From contig JBDRQI010000021.1 of assembly GCA_043826355.1 (NCBI GenBank), positions 1-44,682 on the forward strand: a stretch of DNA of 44,682 nucleotides. The letters run 5' to 3'. The translations under genes were made by a program, and so were the position numbers. Within the stretch, counting starts at the first letter, position 1; each line of letters starts with the position of its first letter. The stretch is from Candidatus Omnitrophota bacterium. GTDB lineage: Bacteria > Ratteibacteria > UBA8468 > MWAK01. Under the pieces are notes generated by a model. That model was not told the DNA's origin. It made no database searches and worked only from the letters and a program-made list of their open reading frames with translations. Of this stretch, positions 1 to 8,094 are shown in pieces.

Positions 1-115
1 TGGAAAGACAGAGCGTGATGGCGCTGGTGAGAGTAGTCTTGCCGTGGTCAACGTGACCGATGGTACCGACGTTTACGTGGGGCTTTCCGCCGCGTTCAAA
101 CTTTTCCTTGGCCAT
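1..115 (-). CDS. tuf: Elongation factor Tu, 5' part (runs off the window edge)
   Basis: Manual translation [34 protein letters not shown] contains the GHVDHGKT P-loop. SD GGAGGT at 121-126 (minus). Lies downstream of tRNA-Thr. Confidence 0.97.
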   Translation of the reverse strand, partial: MAKEKFERGGKPHVNVGTIGHVDHGKTTLTSAITLCLS

Positions 116-219
116 AAATTACCTCCGATTGCACAAAAAATAACAAATTAAAACCGTTAACCTCTCCGCAACCGAGCCGAGGGAGCTCGGCAACTACAAC
201 CCTTCTTCTCCTCGTGCCG

Positions 220-292
220 AGCCCACGACCGGAATCGAACCGGTGACCTCATGCTTACCATGCATGTGCTCTACCGACTGAGCTACATGGGC
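220..292 (-). tRNA. tRNA-Thr(GGT), CCA not encoded
   Basis: Minus strand GCCCATGTAGCTCAGTCGGTAGAGCACATGCATGGTAAGCATGAGGTCACCGGTTCGATTCCGGTCGTGGGCT folds as a cloverleaf with anticodon GGT and T-loop TTCGATT. Confidence 0.96.
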
Positions 293-300
293 ATCATAAA

Positions 301-329
301 GTTATATAGTTATTAATAAACGGATACAA
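301..329 (-). promoter_or_regulatory. Putative sigma70 promoter for tRNA-Thr-tuf
   Basis: Minus strand TTGTAT-17 nt-TATAAC ends 8 nt before the tRNA, with an AT-rich upstream region. Confidence 0.55.
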
Positions 330-387
330 AAATTTTATTATTTATTATTATAACGGGAAAAACTATTATTATAAACCAAATTTTAAA

Positions 388-1254
388 TTAGGTCAAGTCT
401 TTTTGCAAATTCACCAAATCCTGCGGTAACGGCACGTTAAAAGAAAGAATCTTTTCCCGGTGCGGGTGATGAAAGGAAAGTCCGGCGGCGTGCAGAGCCT
501 GCCGTCCGACCAGTTGGTCAAGCGGGCTCGCTTTCCCGTAATGTTTGTCTCCGATAATGGAAAACCCTAAAAAATCAAGAATAACGCGAATCTGGTGCGT
601 CCGTCCGGTCCTGGGATAAACCTCCACCAGGGAAGCAGCCGGGTAAAGTTCTTTAACTTTTACTAAAGTCTGGCTTTCCCTGCCATCCCGAAACGCAACA
701 CCAATCCGCATCCAGTCGCCTCTTTTATGCCCCAGCGGAAGGGCTATTTCCTGTTCCGGCCAGGGAATAACACCTTTTACGAACGCCAGATATTTCTTCT
801 TCACGCGACGGAACCGGAACTCATCGCTCAGAAACCGGTGGCTGAAATCATTCTTGGCCACCACCATCAAACCGCTGGTCTCTTTGTCCAACCGGTGCAC
901 AATACCGGGCCGCAAAGTACCGGCTATCCCCGAAAGGTCTTTTAAACAATAAAGCAGGGCGTTGACCATTGTGCCGGAAGTAACCCGGCCGTACGGATGA
1001 CAAACCAGGCCGGCCGGCTTATTGATTACAACCAGGTCTTCGTCCTGATAAATAATTTCTAACGGGATTTCTTCCGGTGGGACAGCTGATTTAACCGGAG
1101 ACGGCCAGTCAATTTGAATAACATCTTTTCCGTCAGCCGGCTGATTTTTACGGACCGGACAGCCGGCTATCGTAACCCGGCCCTCTTCAATTAACTTTTG
1201 AATGTATTGCCTTGAAACCTGATGCTTTTCGCTGAGAAACTTGTCCAACCGCAT
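388..1254 (-). CDS. rluD: RluA/RluD family 23S rRNA pseudouridine synthase
   Basis: N-terminal S4-like RLDKFL; motifs NKPAGLVCHP, GIVHRLDKETSG (catalytic Asp), TGRTHQIRV, RQALHA. Confidence 0.92.
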   Translation of the reverse strand: MRLDKFLSEKHQVSRQYIQKLIEEGRVTIAGCPVRKNQPADGKDVIQIDWPSPVKSAVPPEEIPLEIIYQDEDLVVINKPAGLVCHPYGRVTSGTMVNALLYCLKDLSGIAGTLRPGIVHRLDKETSGLMVVAKNDFSHRFLSDEFRFRRVKKKYLAFVKGVIPWPEQEIALPLGHKRGDWMRIGVAFRDGRESQTLVKVKELYPAASLVEVYPRTGRTHQIRVILDFLGFSIIGDKHYGKASPLDQLVGRQALHAAGLSFHHPHREKILSFNVPLPQDLVNLQKDLT

Positions 1255-1347
1255 AATATCAGATATCAGGCTCAGACATCGGACTAAACTATTTTAAAAT
1301 TTTAGCAAAGTTTGGAGTCTGGAATCGGACGTTTGGTGTCTGAGGCT

Positions 1348-2511
1348 TTATCTGGTTTTCCGGCTGGCCGCTTCCTGAATCAATTTCAAACCGATTACGT
1401 TGCGCTGAATCTGGCTTGTACCCTCATAGATTTGGGTAATTTTGGCGTCGCGCATCATCTTCTCCACCGGATAATCTTTCATGTACCCATAACCGCCGAA
1501 AATCTGCACCGCATCCGTGGTAACTTTCATCGCCACGTCAGAGGCCATCAGTTTACTCATCGCGGATTCCTTGCTGGTATCTTTGGCGCCGGCATCGTAC
1601 ATCCGGCTGGTGGCGTAAACCAGAGCGCGGGCCGCCTCAATCTGGGTTGCCATATCGGCCAGCATATGTTGTACGGCCTGAAAAGAAGCGATGGGCTTAC
1701 CAAACTGAACCCGGGTTCGCACATAGGCAACGGCCTCGTCCAGCGCGCCCTGGGCTATTCCCAGGGCCTGAGCCGCTACCCCGGGCCGGGAGGCATCAAA
1801 GGTCTTCATCGTAACGATAAAACCCATCCCTTCCCTTCCCAGCATATTCTCCGCAGGCACGCGGCAATCCTGAAAAACCAGTTCCCGGGTGGCCGAAGCC
1901 CGAATACCGAGCTTCTTCTCTTTTTTCCCAAAGGTAAATCCCGGCGTATCCTTGCGAATGATAAAAGCGCTGGCGCCCCGGGCGCCCTTGGTTTTATTGG
2001 TCATTGCGATTACCGTATAAACTTCCGCCTCTCCGCCGTTGGTAATCCACTGCTTGGTTCCGTTAAGAATATAAGAATCTCCGTCCTTAACCGCGGTGGT
2101 CTCAATACCGGCGGCATCGCTCCCGGCATTTGCCTCGGTTAAGGCAAACGCAGCCAGCCATTCACCTTTGGCAATTCGCGGCAGATAGGTTTTCTTCTGC
2201 TCCTGGTTACCGAAAAGAATAATTGGAAAAGTACCCAGGCCGGTTCCGGCCAGCGCCAGAGTAATACCGCCGCAGAAACGGGAAAGTTCTTCAATGGCGA
2301 CGGAAAGCTCCATGATTCCGAATCCCATCCCACCATATTCCTGGGGTATGAAAATACCCATTAAATCACTCTCGGCAAAAACCTTTACCGCTTCCCACGG
2401 AAACTCTTCCGTTTCGTCGTAATGAGCGCGCACCGGTTTAATCTTCTCTTCGCCAATCTGCCGGCACAAATCGCGAATCATTTTCTGCTCTTCCGTCAAA
2501 AGATAATCCAT
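1348..2511 (-). CDS. Acyl-CoA dehydrogenase (short-chain/butyryl-CoA dehydrogenase-like)
   Basis: Motifs FALTEANAGSDA, LNGTKQWITNG, KLGIRAS, RVQFGKPI, QIFGGYGY, QIYEGTSQIQR. Confidence 0.95.
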   Translation of the reverse strand: MDYLLTEEQKMIRDLCRQIGEEKIKPVRAHYDETEEFPWEAVKVFAESDLMGIFIPQEYGGMGFGIMELSVAIEELSRFCGGITLALAGTGLGTFPIILFGNQEQKKTYLPRIAKGEWLAAFALTEANAGSDAAGIETTAVKDGDSYILNGTKQWITNGGEAEVYTVIAMTNKTKGARGASAFIIRKDTPGFTFGKKEKKLGIRASATRELVFQDCRVPAENMLGREGMGFIVTMKTFDASRPGVAAQALGIAQGALDEAVAYVRTRVQFGKPIASFQAVQHMLADMATQIEAARALVYATSRMYDAGAKDTSKESAMSKLMASDVAMKVTTDAVQIFGGYGYMKDYPVEKMMRDAKITQIYEGTSQIQRNVIGLKLIQEAASRKTR

Positions 2512-2513
2512 GT

Positions 2514-3758
2514 TTATTCCATTTTTTTAATTACCAAACAAGCGTTATGGCCTCCGAACCCGAAAGAGTTGGAAAGCGCGGCCTTTAACTCAACCGGCCT
2601 GGCCTTATTGGGAACGTAATCCAGGTCACACTCCGGGTCCGGATTTTCGTAGTTGATGGTCGGAGGCACAACCCCATCTCTCATCGCCAAACAGCAAACC
2701 GCCAGTTCCACTGCGCCGGCCGCACCTAACATGTGACCAATCATTGATTTGGTGGAACTCGCCGGGATTTGATTCGCCTTCTCCCTGAAAACTTTTTTAA
2801 TCGCCCTGGTTTCAACCAAATCGTTCCAGGCGGTAGAAGTACCGTGGGCATTAATGTAGCCAATCGTCTCGGATGCCATACCGGCGTCTTCCAGGGCAGC
2901 CTCCATCGCCAGGGCCATTCCGACCCCTTCCGGATCAGGCGCGGTAATGTGGTAAGCGTCTGCGCTAGCGCCGTAACCGGACAGTTCCGCATATATTTTC
3001 GCGCCGCGCTTAATCGCGTGTTCCATCTCCTCCAGCACAAGAATTCCGGCTCCTTCCGCCATCACGAAACCGTTCCGCTCCTTATCAAAAGGACGGCTAG
3101 CCCTTTCCGGTTCATCGTTTCGCGTAGAAAGCGCTTTCATGCTGCAAAATCCGGCCAGACCCAGCGGAGTAATGCAGGATTCGGTTCCGCCGGCAACCGC
3201 CAAGTCTATCTCCCCGTGTTGAATAGCCCGCGCAGATATGCCGATAGCGTGGGCGCCGGAAGCACAAGCGGATACGGTGGCAAAATTAGGACCCTTGAAA
3301 TTAAAGAGCATCGCCACGCGTCCGGCCGCAATATCCGGAATAAGCATGGGAATGAGAAACGGTGATACCCGGTTGGGACCTGAATTAAGCAGATTTCTGT
3401 GTTCTGTTTCAATAACCCTTAATCCGCCGATTCCGGAACCGATAATCACCCCGCACCGACAGGCCTGCGTGGAACCAGACGCCAAACCGGCATCTTTCGC
3501 CGCCTCCCAGGCAGCCGCCAGCGCATACTGGACGAAGGGGTCCAGGCGCCGCGTCTCTTTTCTGTCCAGAAAATCAGGCGCGGTAAAATCCTTTACTTCC
3601 CCGGCTATCCGGGAATCAAAGGCCGCCGGGTCAAAATTCTTGATGGCGGCAATACCGCTCTTGCCCGCTTTAATAGCTTCCCAGGCAGCCGCAGAACCAC
3701 AACCAACCGGTGTTATCAAACCAAGACCGGTAATAACTATTCTTCGTTTTTCCTTCAT
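2514..3758 (-). CDS. fabF: 3-oxoacyl-ACP synthase II
   Basis: SACASG (active Cys), INAHGTST, KSMIGHMLGAAG, SNSFGFGGHN. Confidence 0.96.
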   Translation of the reverse strand: MKEKRRIVITGLGLITPVGCGSAAAWEAIKAGKSGIAAIKNFDPAAFDSRIAGEVKDFTAPDFLDRKETRRLDPFVQYALAAAWEAAKDAGLASGSTQACRCGVIIGSGIGGLRVIETEHRNLLNSGPNRVSPFLIPMLIPDIAAGRVAMLFNFKGPNFATVSACASGAHAIGISARAIQHGEIDLAVAGGTESCITPLGLAGFCSMKALSTRNDEPERASRPFDKERNGFVMAEGAGILVLEEMEHAIKRGAKIYAELSGYGASADAYHITAPDPEGVGMALAMEAALEDAGMASETIGYINAHGTSTAWNDLVETRAIKKVFREKANQIPASSTKSMIGHMLGAAGAVELAVCCLAMRDGVVPPTINYENPDPECDLDYVPNKARPVELKAALSNSFGFGGHNACLVIKKME

Positions 3759-3813
3759 TGAAATTAAGAGGATGCAGATTACCGCAGAGCAAAAAATAAT
3801 TTAAAATTAAAAG

Positions 3814-3871
3814 GTAGCCGCAGGCTTTAGCCGGCGTAAAAAAAGCGACGCAAACTAAAGTTTGCGGCTAC
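3814..3871. repeat. GTAG-ended REP doublet (REPIN-like), family A
   Basis: GTAGCCGCAGGCTTTAGCC...GCAAACTAAAGTTTGCGGCTAC. The first 19 nt are identical to 8003-8021. Confidence 0.75.
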
Positions 3872-3944
3872 AATCATTGTTAATCCTTTTTCTGTTGTTT
3901 CTGCGTATATCTGCGTCAAAAAAGGGAAATTCTAGACGATTTTA

Positions 3945-4187
3945 TCAGGCTTTTTTGGCGGCGATATAATTAACGGCGTCTCCGACGGAAAGAATCTTCT
4001 CCGCAGCCTCATCCGGTATTTCCAAACCGAACTTTTCCTCAAAAGCCATCACCAATTCCACGGTATCCAGGCTGTCGGCGCCAAGGTCATCTACAAAAGA
4101 TGCTTTGTCATTAACCTCTCCGGCGTCAACGCCTAATTGTTCCACCACAACTTCCTTTACGATTTTTTCGACTTCACTTTTCTCCAT
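3945..4187 (-). CDS. acpP: Acyl carrier protein
   Basis: [20 protein letters not shown] phosphopantetheine motif. ATG at 4187 with SD GGGAGGGA. Confidence 0.96.
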   Translation of the reverse strand: MEKSEVEKIVKEVVVEQLGVDAGEVNDKASFVDDLGADSLDTVELVMAFEEKFGLEIPDEAAEKILSVGDAVNYIAAKKA

Positions 4188-4234
4188 AGATTCCCTCCCG
4201 AAAAATACAAACACTTTCTGAACACATAATTATA

Positions 4235-4969
4235 TTACATTGCAAAGCCGCCGTCAACCCGCAAGACCTCTCCGGTAACATATTCGGAAAGAGGCGAGGC
4301 CAAAAATAAAGCGGCCTTCGCCACATCCTCCGAAGTACCCAACACTGCCAACGGTATCTGTTTTTGGATTTCGCTCTTCTGCTCCGGGGTAAGTTTATCG
4401 GTCATGGCCGTCTGGATGTAACCGGGTGCAAGAGCGTTGACGCGCACTCCGAAACGAGCCAGTTCCCGGGCTGAAGATTTGGTCAGGCCGATCAGACCGG
4501 CCTTGGATGCTCCGTAGTTCGCCTGGCCCGCGTTACCGCGCAGTCCGACTACGGAAGAAATATTGATAATGCAACCTGTCCCCTTTTTTGCCATCATCCT
4601 GCCGATAATTTTGGTACAGTTGAACGGACCGAAAAGATTAACCTTTAAAACCAGTTCCCATTCTTCCGGCTTCATCCGGAAGATAATATTATCCCGGGTG
4701 ACGCCGGCGTTATTAACCAGGATGTCAATCCGGCCCATCCCTGACTCGGCTTCCCGACCGGCCTGCTCCACTCCGGCCAGGTCGGTAATATCAACCGCGG
4801 CGCCGATAACCTTACGGCCGGTTTCCGCTATCTCCGACCTCAAGTTCTCCACTGACGCCAGGTCCCAGAGAACCAGGTCTGCGCCTTCCGAAGCAAAGAG
4901 ACGGGCAAGGGCAGCACCGATACCGCCGGCTGCCCCGGTAATCAAAGCAGTTTTATCTTTTAGCAACAT
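4235..4969 (-). CDS. fabG: 3-oxoacyl-ACP reductase
   Basis: TGAAGGIG, NNAGVTRD, NYGASKAG (YxxxK), VDGG. Start taken at ATG 4969 after GGAGGA. Confidence 0.94.
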   Translation of the reverse strand: MLLKDKTALITGAAGGIGAALARLFASEGADLVLWDLASVENLRSEIAETGRKVIGAAVDITDLAGVEQAGREAESGMGRIDILVNNAGVTRDNIIFRMKPEEWELVLKVNLFGPFNCTKIIGRMMAKKGTGCIINISSVVGLRGNAGQANYGASKAGLIGLTKSSARELARFGVRVNALAPGYIQTAMTDKLTPEQKSEIQKQIPLAVLGTSEDVAKAALFLASPLSEYVTGEVLRVDGGFAM

Positions 4970-4988
4970 TTGATTTCCTCCAAATTCA

Positions 4989-6662
4989 TTATAGTCCAAG
5001 CACCCGCAATTCCTTTAATATCTGTTCCCTTTTGTTTAATAACGTTTCCGGCAGGTTATCATAGTAATGGGGATGGACAAAAACTGTCGGGGCCGGATTC
5101 AGTGATTTTTTCAGTTTCCCGCCGTATTGTTTGGCGGCGGCTTCAAAAATGGCGATGTCCTCCACGCCGTCCCGCAGAATCTTGAGCCGGAGAGAAGGCA
5201 AGACCGGTCCGTTTTCTTCCTTCGGGGGATACACCAGGAAACCATTTCCATGGTGAATTCCTCCGTAGGGATATTTATAGTTTTGTTCTGCGATTTCCAA
5301 GTTCTGCCAAAAATTATTACCTAAACTATTCCATTCCATGTTACCCGACCAGATAAAAACGCCTTTTGCATTGTAATGCCAGGACATCCATAATGCGAGA
5401 CGATGCTGGAGTCCCGGATTGTCAATCATCATGTTGGGAGCGAGAGTGAGCGGACTACGCATCTGAAAATTGACGGGAAGGTGACAATAGTAATGCCAGA
5501 GAATGAGATTTTTGGGAACAGTGAACGTCCTTGGGTCGTAACGACAGGAAGACAAATCAGTCATCCATATATCACATGCCTTTTCCATGCCGGGGTAATA
5601 TTCTGACGCAAGAAATATTTTTAATCCCGGGTAAAGTTTGTGTATTTTTTCCGCGTAAGGAATGTTTTTTTCACGCAGGCTTGCTTCATCTGGTTCATCG
5701 GCGTTGCTGTAAATCATGAAACTGGAAAGCCAATTTTTATCTTTAAGGAACCGGTACATTTTTTCATCCGGCTCGTTTATCTGAAATATGGTCTGTCCTT
5801 TGCTCATGGAGGTCCGAACAAACCGTTCAAACTGTTCGGGTTGTTGGAGATTCCAGAGGGTTTGCAAATATGCCTGCGTCAGCGGCTGCAGGTGATTTTC
5901 CAAAGCCATTTCATACATCTGCTTGAACTGATTTTCCGAAATAACGTTCCTGTCAAAATTAAACCACGCAACAAGAGGAATTTTTCCGGGTTGAATGTTG
6001 AGTTTGACCACCTCTACGGGAATTGTAAATTGGAGCGATTTGCCTTCTTCCGCTGAAACTTTCACGGTGCAGGCGAATTGTTTTCCGGAAAAGTTCTCCG
6101 GTATTTTCAACTCCACCAAAAAAGCACCCAGTTTCATTCCTGATATGACGGAACTATTTTCCGGAACAAGCGGGTCAGGCCAAGAATTACTCTGAAAACG
6201 GGGGTACGCCGCCTCTCCCAACTTTACATACTCCTCCCGATAGACAATATTTTTAACGGGAGCGTTTACTTCAATGGTATATCGCGTTGGTTTTGCGCCG
6301 ATTTTTGGCAGGATTGCAACCTGAAAACTCACGCTTGAGCCGGTAACCGTCCAGAGTGTTTTCCATACTTGCTTTTCACCGGGTTTTATGATGTCCCCTC
6401 TAAACCAATACTTATTCGGCCATATTTTTACGAGGTTGTGGGAAACACCCACAACAAATTCCCCATCCTTGTTCTGGGTAAAATAGGATTCATAACGAGC
6501 AATCTGGTCGCTAAAGGCAAGACCCCATGGGTCGGTTGTGTCAACCAGCTGTTTCTCTTCATCAGGGAGATTTTTAATCTCCACGCCTGCCGGTGATGTC
6601 TGCGACATAAAATATAACGCGAAAACAACCAGAAGGATGATAACTGGTTTTAACTTAAACAT
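4989..6662 (-). CDS. Secreted DUF4091-domain putative glycoside hydrolase (GH123-like)
   Basis: Signal-peptide-like N-terminus; WPDPLVP, DEP, WHYYC and C-terminal GNGFLVYP...PSLRLKILRDGVED pattern typical of DUF4091 proteins. Confidence 0.65.
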   Translation of the reverse strand: MFKLKPVIILLVVFALYFMSQTSPAGVEIKNLPDEEKQLVDTTDPWGLAFSDQIARYESYFTQNKDGEFVVGVSHNLVKIWPNKYWFRGDIIKPGEKQVWKTLWTVTGSSVSFQVAILPKIGAKPTRYTIEVNAPVKNIVYREEYVKLGEAAYPRFQSNSWPDPLVPENSSVISGMKLGAFLVELKIPENFSGKQFACTVKVSAEEGKSLQFTIPVEVVKLNIQPGKIPLVAWFNFDRNVISENQFKQMYEMALENHLQPLTQAYLQTLWNLQQPEQFERFVRTSMSKGQTIFQINEPDEKMYRFLKDKNWLSSFMIYSNADEPDEASLREKNIPYAEKIHKLYPGLKIFLASEYYPGMEKACDIWMTDLSSCRYDPRTFTVPKNLILWHYYCHLPVNFQMRSPLTLAPNMMIDNPGLQHRLALWMSWHYNAKGVFIWSGNMEWNSLGNNFWQNLEIAEQNYKYPYGGIHHGNGFLVYPPKEENGPVLPSLRLKILRDGVEDIAIFEAAAKQYGGKLKKSLNPAPTVFVHPHYYDNLPETLLNKREQILKELRVLGL

Positions 6663-6681
6663 TTCCCCCTAAAATAACATA

Positions 6682-6824
6682 GTGTGGAACCTTGATTCAG
6701 CTAAACACCCGGCAATTCTAAAAGGACCCTTGCCAGAGCTTCAGCAAGGGAACCCGGCCGGTAATTGACCCACTTCTATTGCTTCTGTGTGCGGCCGGGA
6801 CGAGTGCGGTTCTCAACCCGTGCG
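6682..6824. ncRNA. Candidate structured RNA (weak 6S-like resemblance)
   Basis: Stems CCCTTGC/GCAAGGG (6727-6750), CCCGGCCG/CGGCCGGG (6753-6799) and GAACC/GGTTC (6687-6812). Not matched to any model. Confidence 0.25.
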
Positions 6825-7700
6825 CTACAGAATAACCGCTTCCGGCACGATACGCTTCAACAGTCCGGAAAGAACCCGACCGGGTTCCGCTTCTAAAAAA
6901 AAGTCCGGTTTCGCTTCCCGCCAAATCTGTTCTGCCGTCTCTCTCCAGAGAACCGGCGAAGTAATCTGTTCTGCCAGAAGCCTCTTGATTTCATCCGTAT
7001 CCGAAAATTTTCTCCCGGTCACATTCGCATAAACCGGGAAAATTGGAGCCTGCACCGGACAGCCGGAGAGAACCTTTTCAAAACCATTTCGCGCCAAATC
7101 CATCAGCGGAGAATGAAAAGCACCGGAGACTTTAAGCGGAATTATCCTGCACGGATGCCTTTGCGATAATATCTGCCGGGCCTGCTCAACTGCGTCCTTT
7201 TTTCCGGAAACAACCACCTGGCCCGGCGCATTATAATTAGCCGGCCAGACACTACCGACTTCGGCACAAACGGCCGCTACCTTTTCGTCGTCAAGACCCA
7301 GGACCGCAGCCATTGCTCCCGGCTGTTCCCGGGTTGCCTGAGCCATCAATTGGGCGCGGCGGCTTACCAAAAGAAGGCCGTCCTGAAAAGAAAAGACGCC
7401 GGCCGCAGTCAAAGCGGTATACTCCCCCAAACTATGCCCGGCTGCAGCCGCCGGCAGTTCCTTTCCTTCCTTCCAGTTCACGAAATAAGCAAAACTGGTC
7501 AGGTAGATGGCCGGCTGGCTGTTCTCCGTCTGAATTAACTCTTCTTCCGGCCCTTCAAAGATAACCCGGGAAAGGTCTCTACCCAGAATTTCGTCTGCCT
7601 GGCAATAAATCTGCCGAACAACCGGGGAAGCTTGGTATAATTCCAGCCCCATGCCCTTATGCTGGCTGCCCTGGCCCGGAAAAAGAAGGACAGTCTTCAT
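6825..7700 (-). CDS. fabD: Malonyl-CoA:ACP transacylase
   Basis: FPGQGSQ, AGHSLGEY (active Ser), ANYNAPGQVVVSG, VSGAFHS. Confidence 0.96.
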   Translation of the reverse strand: MKTVLLFPGQGSQHKGMGLELYQASPVVRQIYCQADEILGRDLSRVIFEGPEEELIQTENSQPAIYLTSFAYFVNWKEGKELPAAAAGHSLGEYTALTAAGVFSFQDGLLLVSRRAQLMAQATREQPGAMAAVLGLDDEKVAAVCAEVGSVWPANYNAPGQVVVSGKKDAVEQARQILSQRHPCRIIPLKVSGAFHSPLMDLARNGFEKVLSGCPVQAPIFPVYANVTGRKFSDTDEIKRLLAEQITSPVLWRETAEQIWREAKPDFFLEAEPGRVLSGLLKRIVPEAVIL

Positions 7701-7960
7701 AAAGAATGCAAATAATAAACGGTGGCCACAATCATACCCAACAATGCCATCAGATTGAGACGCAGGGTTACGCCGAAAGTTATCTTCGACAGGATAAGGT
7801 CAAACTCCGCCGGACCGAAGAAAGGCGAGGCGGTAACGGTAAAGAATTGACGGGCAAACGAATCAACCGGGAGCAACAACCCGATTATCTCGCCGATGGC
7901 GCTCCCGATTACGGCGGAAATCAGCAAAAGCCCCAAAAAAAACCAGAACCCTCTTTTCAT
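7697..7960 (-). CDS. Small membrane protein, DUF4321-like
   Basis: Two hydrophobic segments and ITFGVTLRLNLMALLG C-terminal pattern. Overlaps the fabD start (ATGA). Confidence 0.7.
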   Translation of the reverse strand: MKRGFWFFLGLLLISAVIGSAIGEIIGLLLPVDSFARQFFTVTASPFFGPAEFDLILSKITFGVTLRLNLMALLGMIVATVYYLHSL

Positions 7961-8002
7961 AAATGGTTTGTTATCCTCCTGAAGTATTGTTTGCTTTTAA
8001 GG

Positions 8003-8071
8003 GTAGCCGCAGGCTTTAGCCTGCGTCACTACTAGGTTTGCGCACCCTGGTACCCTGACGGGTACGGCTAC
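8003..8071. repeat. GTAG-ended REP doublet (REPIN-like), family A
   Basis: GTAGCCGCAGGCTTTAGCCTGCG...TACCCTGACGGGTACGGCTAC: inverted GTAGCCG/CGGCTAC ends, each with an internal hairpin. Confidence 0.75.
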
Positions 8072-8094
8072 CTTGCTTCCTGCATCCGATTAAT

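Noticed and set aside
1256..1346. Short 7-mer reiterations and an imperfect inverted pair (CTCAGACA/TGTCTGAG) upstream of rluD
   Set aside because: Too degenerate to define as an element from one copy; may be another decayed repeat.
1312..2142. 276-aa + strand ORF
   Set aside because: Antisense shadow of the acyl-CoA dehydrogenase; no SD or family motifs.
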